NCBI GenBank assembly: GCA_018650165.1
Contig: JABIGM010000022.1
Span: forward strand, 1 to 39,523
Source of the DNA: Methanobacteriota archaeon
Lineage (GTDB): Archaea > Thermoplasmatota > Poseidoniia > Poseidoniales > Poseidoniaceae
Direction of reading: 5' to 3'
Length of the DNA: 39,523 nt
Below the pieces are notes generated by a model. That model was not told where the DNA came from. It searched no databases and saw only the letters and a list, made by a program, of their open reading frames with translations. Of this stretch, positions 17,069 through 26,438 are shown piece by piece. How positions within the stretch are numbered: position 1 is the first letter of the stretch; each line of letters begins with the position of its first letter. The translations under genes were made by a program, and so were the position numbers.

Positions 17069-20000
17069 GTGATGCAATTATTTCAAATCATGAAGGGCCG
17101 TGCGCTGCTGCTTGCCCTGTTGTTGCTGGGTTCATTTCCAGTGTTTCAGGCTAATGCGGGATCTACTACTCACTTCGGCAATTCCGGCTCACAGGTCTCG
17201 ATTATGCTGGATTTTAATGGCCCAGGATATGATTCCAGCACCAACATCAGTATTGGCTCTAGTTCGGTAATATCAACAGCGGCCCTCGATGTCAGGGGTC
17301 TTGCAAATTCAAGTGGTGAAAGACCTGATTCTATCGGGCTAGACATTGGAGATGATGGCGATTTAGATTGGTATTGGGGAGGCCCTGGAAATGGTACATA
17401 TGGACACCTTGACGAACTTTCAAATGGATATAAACGGGCCGGACTAAACATGTCTACAGGCAATAATTCAAGTTATTACATCCGTTTGCCAATCAACGCC
17501 ACAATTACCTCTGCTTCTATGCAGTTCTCGACACTTAGCGAACTAACAATCTCTGGTAGTGATGTACGTGATTCCTACTTGCATCAACCAAATCCAAGCT
17601 ATGGTAACTCTACACACGCAGATTGTAACTATGGTAATCAAAGCGTCACACATGTTGGCAAAACGGAGTGGGTAAATTGGCATGTTTATCGAGGAGTATA
17701 CTGGTTCGACTTAGGCCTATTGCCTGGAGCGACAGTTCTAGATGCCAACCTCTCATTCTATGTGCAGGATGCGGTGAATCAAGCTTCGACCACAACTCCT
17801 GTAAGCACCCTGCATACCTACTCAGTCCATCCATTGTTGAAAAATTGGGAGGAAGGCCTTGAGAGTAATGCGCCGGTCTCACAATCTGCAGGCGTCACCT
17901 GGAATAAAGCGATAGACAACCTCACGGGTAGCGATTATTCTTGGTCGACCGCAGGTGCCTCTGGCACGACCGATCGAGATGTTGCAGTTGCAAGTGTAAC
18001 GGATAGTCCTGCCAATCTTGAGTACAACTGGCTCGACTTCACTAATCAAAACTTGACAGATTTGGTACAGAATTGGGTTAATGGTAATGTGACCAATAAT
18101 GGACTTATTCTCATTGGTGATGAAAATACCAACAAACCCGATGGCTCGAGATTGACGATCACCTCGAGAGATAACGCCACACATGGGCCGAAATTGGTTG
18201 TTGTTTTCGAGGGTAGTGATGATGTGACTGCAGCCCTAGATGTTGGCGCAGACGGAAATTGGGAATGGAATCATAGTGGAAACCTTAGCAATGCATCGAC
18301 GGTTCCTGATTTTTCAGCTTCTCTAAATTCATATCTCGGTAATGCGAGTCCTAGTTTCACCGATGCGTGGGGTAATGAATTCGTCGACATTCCACTTAAA
18401 GTGAGTGCGAATGCCACCTTGGTTCTTGATGAAATTGATATCGATTATGACTGGACTGCAGCTGTCGGTGAATCACCTCATTCAAACCTGCTTGATGAAT
18501 TGAATCAACATGTTTCTAATCTCACGCCAGATGGCGCTGGCAATGTTAGTATCATCATTAATGTCAGTTCGGGTAGCGCCGGAAAGGTAGAATTGCTCAA
18601 TCTGTGGTTAGGACAGGGTGACCGCCCACCTTCTATTACAACAATTACATTGCCCGAAGAGACCATTGTTCCCGATGGCCAATCTCGGACTTTGAGTATC
18701 GACGTGACTTCATATCAAGGGCTATCGAATTTATCGTGGCTCGCTCTGATTCCCCAAATTCAGAACAGTGCTAGCCAACCAATACTTTACCATTCACTTG
18801 AAAATGACACTACATGGGCAAATGACCCTGGTGGACTTGTTAGCAACATCAGTGGTTCGTGGATAGCATTGGACAACCAAAGCGGCACCATGGAATGGAA
18901 TATTACTGTCAGTTGGGCTTGGTTACCTGAACAAGGTGTTGTTTGGGAGGTTCATGCGCAGACCATTGATTCACTCCATACGAGTAGGCTTTCAAGCCAG
19001 ACCACAGATCATGAACGCCTAATGGAGATTACGAGTTTTACAGTCTGGGATCTGACAGACCCCACAGAGGGAAGCACGCATATCGATGCTGGAGAATGGA
19101 TCGCAGGTGGTGATTTATTACGCATAGGGGGTGCCGTACGTTTCCTCAATCAAACCAGTTACCCACTTCCAGGCGAGGTTCTCATTGAACTAGTGGATCT
19201 CGGTGCGAATACAACTGTCGATTCCAATGGTTTTTACTCAATTGAAGTGTTTGCTCCACAGACCAATTATTACGGTGGATACACCATCGCAGCTAATCTC
19301 TTTGGCCCATATGATTCAACTGAACCGGGGCTTGCATCACTTACTTTCAATATAGACGCTACAAAGCCGGGTTTCCAAGCAAATGCACCTCTGGGTGAAA
19401 GAATCCTGCCCTCGTCCCAGCAATTGTTTAATGTGACTATTACAGACGGTGCTGATAGTGATGGACTTGACCTTGGTAGTCTACGTTTGAAGTGGTGGGT
19501 CGAGGCTCTACACGATAATGGCGATGGAATTCCTCAACTAGAGGAATATGGCCAAAAACCGCTTCTCAGAGTAGGAGAGAGCGATATATTTCACGCTCGA
19601 TATGATGATGCATTCAATTCACACGGCCAGCAAGTATCTTTGTTCATTGAGGGCTTTGACAGGACCGGTAATGCAATCTTAAGTGGCCCAGGATTTGAAG
19701 AAGATTTGTTACATTACACATCGTTAGTTCCTTCTCCAACTGAATTCATATCTGCCAATATAGACTTCCCCGGCGGCAACACTCTGACCCCGACTCACCC
19801 CGGTTGGCTAAATATCAGTATTCGAGATGTAAACGGCCTAGATGATATCGAAGGAATCATCATCGACCTTGGCTTAGGCAACACACTGTCCTATGACAAT
19901 AACGGGTCATTCGAGTCTAGTAATCCACTGCTTGAGGTCTCAGAATATATGTTTGAGACCCAAGGGGATGAAATATATCTTAACCTTTCAATTACCGCTT

Positions 20001-21313
20001 CGCCACTATTTGATGATATGTCAGTAAATGAAATGGGACTTACGCTCAAAATAAGCGATTCATCGGGCGAGCATATTACTGACACTGGACTGAACTGGCG
20101 CTTTAATGCCGATGTCATACTAGTCGAATCTTCAATGAGGACCTACGGTAATGATTCGCGTCTACTTGAGTATGATGATTATGTCACACTTGGACAGAGA
20201 ATAGTGATAGAGGGCAGGGTGCGTTATGTTGCTGCAGATCTAGCGCCGGCTTCCGATTCATATTCGGTTATGCTCGAAGCACCTCTTGACCTTCCTCTTT
20301 TGGTGGAGACTGGTTCCGATGGTCGGTTTGAAGGAACGATGGATGCCCTTGGAAGTGGATTGTACCGTGTGGTCATCCAAACCAATGGTGGCATAGGAAT
20401 TGCGAATCCAAGTCCCGTGCCGGTTCGTCTGCAAATTGATGATACGGCCCCTTCGATAGTGGGTCACGAACCTACGATAATTTCCACTAATTCGACTGAA
20501 ATTCTGTTACAATTTGACATTCAAGAAGCAGATTCGGGCCTGCCTGAGCAGGGGATTCAGGTTCAATGCATCCAGGTTGACGGCCTTCTCTCCTTTGGAG
20601 ACATTATAGTGGGCACAGCTGTCATAACCATCCCTGGCGAAGTCAGCCGGTATCTTGTGAACCTAAGTTCACCGCCCATACAAAGTGAGAACCTTGATTG
20701 CTGGTTCAATGTTGCTGATCTAGCTGGAAATAATTTAACAGGCGAAGGTTCGGCCAAGACTTGGCCACTTCGTCTCAAAGTAATCGAGACTAGACCTGAC
20801 ATCAGTGCTGATATGATTACTTTGTCAGATGATTCGCCAGTCCTTGGCCAAAAGACCACCGTTAGTATTGATATCATTAACATGGGCGCCCCCGATGCCA
20901 TGACATTCAACATTACTTTGGAGACCCATATTCTTCATGAAGGTAGAATAATTATCCAAGAAGTTCAAACAGTCCAAGTATCGACTCTGAACGATGAGAA
21001 AATGTCAGTGACATTCGAATGGGTTCCTGACTGGGAAGGTGAACTGGACCTAGCAGTGCGAATCGATTCAGGCCAGGATATTGACGAGTCCAACGAAAAC
21101 AATACCGTATTGTTGAATGTGAAAGTTGGGCCTGTTCCTGAACCGGAGGGATTCTTTGCCTCTCAAACGATGATGGTGCTTTTCGGGATTGGATTGGTCG
21201 GCGCAGGATTACTATTCCTTGCGTCACGGCGAATCAGCCAAGGTGATAATTCAGAGTGGCTCGATGATGGTGATGATGAATATGAGGAAGAATATGAAGA
21301 AGTGGATAATTAA
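17069..21313 (+). CDS. Giant surface protein with DNRLRE-like domain, Ig-like/CARDB region, C-terminal TM helix and acidic tail
   Basis: Signal peptide MKGRALLLALLLLGSF (ATG 17090 is a plausible start); DSYLHQ...NYGN...RGVYWFDL...VLDANLSFY; IDSGQDIDESNENN; TM MMVLFGIGLVGAGLLFLA. Confidence 0.75.
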   Translation: MMQLFQIMKGRALLLALLLLGSFPVFQANAGSTTHFGNSGSQVSIMLDFNGPGYDSSTNISIGSSSVISTAALDVRGLANSSGERPDSIGLDIGDDGDLDWYWGGPGNGTYGHLDELSNGYKRAGLNMSTGNNSSYYIRLPINATITSASMQFSTLSELTISGSDVRDSYLHQPNPSYGNSTHADCNYGNQSVTHVGKTEWVNWHVYRGVYWFDLGLLPGATVLDANLSFYVQDAVNQASTTTPVSTLHTYSVHPLLKNWEEGLESNAPVSQSAGVTWNKAIDNLTGSDYSWSTAGASGTTDRDVAVASVTDSPANLEYNWLDFTNQNLTDLVQNWVNGNVTNNGLILIGDENTNKPDGSRLTITSRDNATHGPKLVVVFEGSDDVTAALDVGADGNWEWNHSGNLSNASTVPDFSASLNSYLGNASPSFTDAWGNEFVDIPLKVSANATLVLDEIDIDYDWTAAVGESPHSNLLDELNQHVSNLTPDGAGNVSIIINVSSGSAGKVELLNLWLGQGDRPPSITTITLPEETIVPDGQSRTLSIDVTSYQGLSNLSWLALIPQIQNSASQPILYHSLENDTTWANDPGGLVSNISGSWIALDNQSGTMEWNITVSWAWLPEQGVVWEVHAQTIDSLHTSRLSSQTTDHERLMEITSFTVWDLTDPTEGSTHIDAGEWIAGGDLLRIGGAVRFLNQTSYPLPGEVLIELVDLGANTTVDSNGFYSIEVFAPQTNYYGGYTIAANLFGPYDSTEPGLASLTFNIDATKPGFQANAPLGERILPSSQQLFNVTITDGADSDGLDLGSLRLKWWVEALHDNGDGIPQLEEYGQKPLLRVGESDIFHARYDDAFNSHGQQVSLFIEGFDRTGNAILSGPGFEEDLLHYTSLVPSPTEFISANIDFPGGNTLTPTHPGWLNISIRDVNGLDDIEGIIIDLGLGNTLSYDNNGSFESSNPLLEVSEYMFETQGDEIYLNLSITASPLFDDMSVNEMGLTLKISDSSGEHITDTGLNWRFNADVILVESSMRTYGNDSRLLEYDDYVTLGQRIVIEGRVRYVAADLAPASDSYSVMLEAPLDLPLLVETGSDGRFEGTMDALGSGLYRVVIQTNGGIGIANPSPVPVRLQIDDTAPSIVGHEPTIISTNSTEILLQFDIQEADSGLPEQGIQVQCIQVDGLLSFGDIIVGTAVITIPGEVSRYLVNLSSPPIQSENLDCWFNVADLAGNNLTGEGSAKTWPLRLKVIETRPDISADMITLSDDSPVLGQKTTVSIDIINMGAPDAMTFNITLETHILHEGRIIIQEVQTVQVSTLNDEKMSVTFEWVPDWEGELDLAVRIDSGQDIDESNENNTVLLNVKVGPVPEPEGFFASQTMMVLFGIGLVGAGLLFLASRRISQGDNSEWLDDGDDEYEEEYEEVDN

Positions 21314-21382
21314 TTCATAATATTACTTACTCAATTAATGCCGATAAAATTCATTTCCCAAACATTTTATCCATATCTATTC

Positions 21383-21399
21383 CACCTCCATAGGAGGTG
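21383..21399 (+). promoter_or_regulatory. Perfect 7-bp hairpin CACCTCC-ATA-GGAGGTG whose 3' arm is an SD-like sequence
   Basis: Inverted repeat read directly; contains the in-frame GTG at 21397. Confidence 0.55.
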
Positions 21400-21441
21400 C
21401 CCAACCGAAATAACTCAAAGGGAGAAAGTCCACCACAAGTC

Positions 21442-22575
21442 ATGGCGGAGGAGATTCAAATTGAGATTAATCTCCCATCTGACGAACATGATACGATGCC
21501 ATTTAGGCTCGGAGACATTGTTTTAGAACGGAAATTTGGCGACCTGCACCACGTTCTTGGTAACATAGACCAACTTCGCCATGAGTGGAAATTTCAATTC
21601 CGCCTACTAAGACACGAATGGGGACAAGCTCATTTCTTGACTATGGTAACTGGAGTGCTAGCTTTTCTTCTGGGTTCGATTTCTACAGAACTTTTTGACG
21701 GTGGCGATCCAAAACTTACTGGCCCTGCGGGAGTGGCTGCAATTGGAGGTTTTGCATTCTTCCAGTTGATTGTTTCAGCGATTCTATGGGTTTGGTTTTT
21801 CATCCAAATCTCGGTAAACTTCCCGATTATGCGTGGGCACATCATCAATGTGATAATCATCTGGGGTGCAATATTTGCATCACAAATCATGTTCCATGTT
21901 AATTCCCCATCGTTCCCTATTGGCGCAAGTCTCGGTGACGCACTCGGTGGCGTCATATTAGCCGCAGCAGGGTGCTTTTTCACTTACTTTTTCTGGAAAG
22001 CCGTTACTGAGACTCGCGACCTCCATGTCCAGGAGCACCATGTTCACACCGATGTTAGGGTAATGGAAGAAGCAATGGCTGAGCACAGTCTTTATGCTTG
22101 GACAATGCTAATCATATGCTGGGTTCTGACCATCGCATTAAATGGCTGGTCGGGGATACACTTCATCGCTGAAAGAAATGTTAGTAACTATTGGATTTAT
22201 GCTATTCACTTAATCAGTGGAATACTTCTAATTTACATTCTCATGCACATTCTGTGGTTCCCACAACGAATGTTGGGTGAAGGAACCCGTGTTCAAACAA
22301 AAGCTGCTGCGGCTGCAGATGCAGACTTGCTATTGGAAGGTGTGATCTTAGCAACCGAGGGCGCATGTCCATCTTGCCAGGAGAACGCCCCAGTTAGCCG
22401 TGCCAATAATGGCGACACAATCTTGGATTGTACTAGTGAAGATTGTAACCGAATTGGGCCTGCTGGTAGCACTTGTGAAGGGTGTGGTGAAACATATCCC
22501 ACCAGGTACACATGCGCAAGTTGTGGAATCAATAGCCCAGCATCTGATTATATCCCAGACTCGGAGGCTTGGTAA
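21442..22575 (+). CDS. Multi-pass membrane protein with C-terminal Cys-rich double zinc-ribbon
   Basis: About 6 hydrophobic segments, then CPSC, CTSEDC, CEGC, CASC. Start is ATG 21442 or GTG 21397. Confidence 0.7.
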   Translation: MAEEIQIEINLPSDEHDTMPFRLGDIVLERKFGDLHHVLGNIDQLRHEWKFQFRLLRHEWGQAHFLTMVTGVLAFLLGSISTELFDGGDPKLTGPAGVAAIGGFAFFQLIVSAILWVWFFIQISVNFPIMRGHIINVIIIWGAIFASQIMFHVNSPSFPIGASLGDALGGVILAAAGCFFTYFFWKAVTETRDLHVQEHHVHTDVRVMEEAMAEHSLYAWTMLIICWVLTIALNGWSGIHFIAERNVSNYWIYAIHLISGILLIYILMHILWFPQRMLGEGTRVQTKAAAAADADLLLEGVILATEGACPSCQENAPVSRANNGDTILDCTSEDCNRIGPAGSTCEGCGETYPTRYTCASCGINSPASDYIPDSEAW

Positions 22576-23786
22576 TGTTTGCAAATCGACGAAAAGACTT
22601 TCCAACATTGTGCGCCGATAACCCGCCTGCATACCTCGATAATGCCTGCATGACATTGCGCCCAACATCTGTTATCGAAGCAATTCGTTCGTATTATGAA
22701 GTAACTCCAGGTTGTGGAGGCAGGTCTGTTCATCGCTATGGGAATGCAGTTTCACGAAAGGTAAACAGTTGTCGCTCTAAATTGCAACAGTTGTTCAATG
22801 CCAATGAAGTTGGTGAAATTGTATTTACTAACAATGCAACTCACTCGCTAAATCAAGTCGCCAAAGGTTTGTCGTGGAATAAAGGTGATATCGTACTAAC
22901 AACAGACAGAGAACACAATTCAAACCTAGTACCGTGGCTACAACTCGAACAGGAACAAGGAATAGACCATAGAGTAGTCCACTCAAATTACGACAACACA
23001 TTTGACCTCGAAGCCTTCGAAGATGCCTGCGCCAAGGCCGGTCGCAAACTGAAGATGGTGTCACTATCGCATGTTGGAAATCTCGATGGAGTTGAGACAC
23101 CGGTCAAGGCAGCAGCTAAAATTGCAAAGGACCATGGGGCCATGGTCTGTATTGATGCTGCACAGTCGGCACCCCACATGAAGATCGATGCTCAAGATTT
23201 GGGGGTTGATTTCATGGCTTTTTCGATTCACAAGATGATGGGGCCATCTGGCATGGGATGCCTATGGGGTAGAATGGATCTGCTTGAAGAGATGAGGACT
23301 ATTCACGCAGGGGGTAGCACAGTCAGTACATCACAATATGATTCATTAGCTTGGTCAAAACCGCCGGCCAAATTTGAGGGTGGGCTCGGAAATTATTCAG
23401 GCATTCTAGGAACTGATGCGGCTCTTGATTATATTTCTGGCTTAGATTTAGATGCTGTCCACGAGCATGAAGTTTCTTTGAATCGTGTTATGACTTCTAT
23501 CGTCAAGGATGTTAATGGGATGAGTATTATTGGCCCAACCGATCCAACACTTCGCGGTGGAATCTGTTCAATTCTCCTTGACAACTTAGATGCACATGAC
23601 ATCGCAATTTTGCTGGATGATGCTGGAATAATGGTTCGGAGCGGAATGCACTGCGTCCATTCTTGGTTCAACAGCAAGGGTATCGCCAAAGGCTCGTTGC
23701 GGGCTAGTTCCTATCTCTACAATACGGAAGAGGAAGTACGTTTATTTGCAGAAACATTGGTCGAGGCAGTCGATGCACTAGGGTGA
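22575..23786 (+). CDS. Cysteine desulfurase, SufS-like (class V PLP aminotransferase)
   Basis: YLDNAC, TDREHNSNLVPW, DAAQSAPH, FSIHKMMGPSG (PLP Lys), RSGMHC (catalytic Cys). TAATG overlap with the upstream gene and GGAGG at 22563-22567. Confidence 0.9.
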   Translation: MFANRRKDFPTLCADNPPAYLDNACMTLRPTSVIEAIRSYYEVTPGCGGRSVHRYGNAVSRKVNSCRSKLQQLFNANEVGEIVFTNNATHSLNQVAKGLSWNKGDIVLTTDREHNSNLVPWLQLEQEQGIDHRVVHSNYDNTFDLEAFEDACAKAGRKLKMVSLSHVGNLDGVETPVKAAAKIAKDHGAMVCIDAAQSAPHMKIDAQDLGVDFMAFSIHKMMGPSGMGCLWGRMDLLEEMRTIHAGGSTVSTSQYDSLAWSKPPAKFEGGLGNYSGILGTDAALDYISGLDLDAVHEHEVSLNRVMTSIVKDVNGMSIIGPTDPTLRGGICSILLDNLDAHDIAILLDDAGIMVRSGMHCVHSWFNSKGIAKGSLRASSYLYNTEEEVRLFAETLVEAVDALG

Positions 23787-23787
23787 T

Positions 23788-24882
23788 TTGATGGATGCAC
23801 TAATACCGATACCCAGTGATGAAACCAGTAATGATTTCGACTTCATAAAGAAGATTACAACTGTTGCTGTATCGGTTCTTGTGATTGGACTAACATATTT
23901 TACTTGGCAAATTATTACGGGGGAAATAAGCTTGACTGGCCCGAATTCATTAGTTCTTGAGAAGGAAACAGATTTTGATTCTCTCGTACAGTTTGATGAT
24001 GTCGATAATCTATCTGGAGATGGGGTAAGCGTATGTATTGTAGATTCGGGACTAGATGATACGCATCGTGACCTCGGAGGGCTTAATTTGAAGGGTTGGT
24101 TTGATTTTATCGGAGGTATATCTAGCCCTTACGATGACAATGGTCATGGCACCATGATGGCTGGAATTCTAGTTGCTGATGGCGGCCTAACCGGTATTGC
24201 TAGAGATATCGATTTATATGTTGCAAAAGCACTGGCAGGTAATGGCTCAGGTGACGACTCCACTGTTGCTGAAGCAATTGATTGGTGCATATCTAGTGGA
24301 GTTAACATTATTTCATTGTCACTTGGAGGAGCGACTTCGGGTGCTGCAATAATCTTTGGTGATGCGGTTGAAGATGCTGTAGATTCTGCCTATGACGCAG
24401 GAATAGTGGTGGTTGCCGCTGCAGGAAATGACGGTGAAGATGATGATGGTGATGTGGCATCACCAGGCACTGTTGACACAGTGATTTGTGTTGGAGGTGT
24501 AGATGCCTCTGGCAATCTGTGGAGTGGTTCTTCTGTTGGCGACAACAATGGACGTGTTTGGCCAATTCTACTACCACGTAACAGCCCGGATGAAAAGCCT
24601 GAAGTCGTTGCTCCAGGTCACAATGTTCCTGTAATTATTCCCGGTGATAGTTGGGGCCTTTCATCAGGAACTAGCGCTGCTACTGTCTATGTCACAGGAG
24701 CAGTTGCACTACTATTCGATGCGCACCCTGATTTAATCGAAGGTGGCACTAACATGCTAGACAATCTAAAGCAATGGATTGCAGACTCTTCACAAAAGCG
24801 GAATGGACAAGATAATCACGACGATTATTACGGCTATGGACTATTACAAATCAAAGATTTGATTGCTACTTCACAGGCTTAA
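23788..24882 (+). CDS. S8 (subtilisin-like) serine peptidase with N-terminal TM anchor
   Basis: Catalytic motifs IVDSG, NGHGTMMAG, AAGND (oxyanion) and GTSAAT. ATG 23791 is the likely start. Confidence 0.92.
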   Translation: MMDALIPIPSDETSNDFDFIKKITTVAVSVLVIGLTYFTWQIITGEISLTGPNSLVLEKETDFDSLVQFDDVDNLSGDGVSVCIVDSGLDDTHRDLGGLNLKGWFDFIGGISSPYDDNGHGTMMAGILVADGGLTGIARDIDLYVAKALAGNGSGDDSTVAEAIDWCISSGVNIISLSLGGATSGAAIIFGDAVEDAVDSAYDAGIVVVAAAGNDGEDDDGDVASPGTVDTVICVGGVDASGNLWSGSSVGDNNGRVWPILLPRNSPDEKPEVVAPGHNVPVIIPGDSWGLSSGTSAATVYVTGAVALLFDAHPDLIEGGTNMLDNLKQWIADSSQKRNGQDNHDDYYGYGLLQIKDLIATSQA

Positions 24883-25559
24883 TTTTTTGAAAACCAAGCA
24901 ACTATTGAACCGCCGAATAAAGGTACGAATGCAATGTAGTGTGTCTCATTCGAAGTACGAATCAATTCCATCCAGGTATTGAAACCTACAACTTCTGGAT
25001 CCCCATCATCGCGTTCCCCAACAGGCGGAGTTGGCTCAACTGTCAGCAAGACTCCATTTTTCGTAAGAATCGGTAACATTGCACTGATGTCCCCTGCAAG
25101 TTTAGGCAATGTTGTGTCAACGATAATTGCATCAGCACTTGGAAGCATTGGAGGGTCGCCTGATTTGGAAATATTCCATGCGTTTAACTCTCCTGCAAGG
25201 AGAGTAGGGGTTCCAACAACAATTGATGATGAAACAGATGAATACCTTTCTTTTAACCTGGTCAAAATTACAGCAAAACGATTGCCTTCCTCAATCATTT
25301 GGAAATTTTCAATACCTTTTGATGACTCGAAATGGTCGAGCAACCAGGCCGACAGATGGCCGATACCTGCGCCGGTTTGTATCACGTTACTCGGTTCCAA
25401 TTGAGAAAGCGCATCACGTATCCTTCTGCGTACAGAAATAGACCACGTTGTGAGCCCCATATGTTCTAATTGTAACCCGATATTAGCAGCAACCTCTGGC
25501 TCATCACGTGACAACTCCTTGTTAACAGTCAAGAGTGATGCCAAGAATTCTTCGCGCAT
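24879..25559 (-). CDS. Putative SAM-dependent methyltransferase-fold protein
   Basis: Gly-rich IQTGAGIGHLSAW motif I, acidic residue after strand 2 (MIEE), DAIIVD. Start ATG 25559 chosen to avoid overlap. Confidence 0.5.
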   Translation of the reverse strand: MREEFLASLLTVNKELSRDEPEVAANIGLQLEHMGLTTWSISVRRRIRDALSQLEPSNVIQTGAGIGHLSAWLLDHFESSKGIENFQMIEEGNRFAVILTRLKERYSSVSSSIVVGTPTLLAGELNAWNISKSGDPPMLPSADAIIVDTTLPKLAGDISAMLPILTKNGVLLTVEPTPPVGERDDGDPEVVGFNTWMELIRTSNETHYIAFVPLFGGSIVAWFSKN

Positions 25560-25652
25560 GATTGGCCCTCTATGGCACCCCTTGACAAGGCTTCGCATAA
25601 GCCGACAGCCTCAAAGGTGTCGCCCATGGCCCACAAATACGGAGGAAGTTGC

Positions 25653-26438
25653 ATGGATGACGAAATTACTGACGATTCTGAAGAATTCGATGATGTTGAA
25701 TTTGTAGAGAATGTAACCGACTGCCCAGGATGTAAGCGGCCTTGTGGTCATCAAGTTCTAAAGGAAAAGAAAGCAGGCACAGGTAGCAACTTTTTGTTGA
25801 AGTGCGATGAGTGCGACCACATTCATACGGTTCAAATTCGAGAACCAAGGCCAGTAACTATTCCATTCCTACTCAGTGAAGGGGCCGACACGGTTCAAAC
25901 AAAAATCGAAATCGATGAAGATGAAGTAATCAGAATTGGTGATATCTTCGAGCATGCCGATGCAAGTTGGGAGATCAACCGTATCGAAACCAAAACTGGT
26001 AACTCACGCAAAAAACTCTCTGCGAATAGAATTGGTCGAGCTAACGCGGTCCGCTCAGATATTGTCATGGTCCGTTTGACTCTAACTAGGGGTGAATTTT
26101 CCGACAGTGAGTCAATATTTGTTGAGCGGGACACTGTCTTCAAAGCAGGTTCCATCATGGAGCATGCCGATGAAAGGTGGAAAATTAGGGCAATTCATAC
26201 CGGCGCTGGTCGTACGATGACAGGGCGGGTTGTTGCCTACGACATCAAGCGCATTTACCTTCATGAACCTCCGCGGCCAAGAGAAGAAGTGACATACAAT
26301 TCGCCTCGTGAAAGGAGACAGGCATGGAAGGAAGGGCGTCTTGGAGATAATCCAAATCCAGTTTTGCCAGAAGCAGAAAAGTCTGGCAAGCCAAAGCAGC
26401 AACGCTTGGAACGTAGACAGAAAAAAAGGCGCTTATGA
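25653..26438 (+). CDS. Archaeal Zn-finger protein (HVO_0476/COG1326-like)
   Basis: CPGC...HQVLK...LLKCDECDHIH followed by two repeated beta-rich units. ATG 25653 has GGAGG at 25641-25645. Confidence 0.7.
   Translation: MDDEITDDSEEFDDVEFVENVTDCPGCKRPCGHQVLKEKKAGTGSNFLLKCDECDHIHTVQIREPRPVTIPFLLSEGADTVQTKIEIDEDEVIRIGDIFEHADASWEINRIETKTGNSRKKLSANRIGRANAVRSDIVMVRLTLTRGEFSDSESIFVERDTVFKAGSIMEHADERWKIRAIHTGAGRTMTGRVVAYDIKRIYLHEPPRPREEVTYNSPRERRQAWKEGRLGDNPNPVLPEAEKSGKPKQQRLERRQKKRRL

Noticed and set aside
1369-23786. Sulfur-handling link between the MBL hydrolase and the cysteine desulfurase
   Set aside because: The genes are 20 kb apart with no shared context, and the MBL substrate is uncertain.
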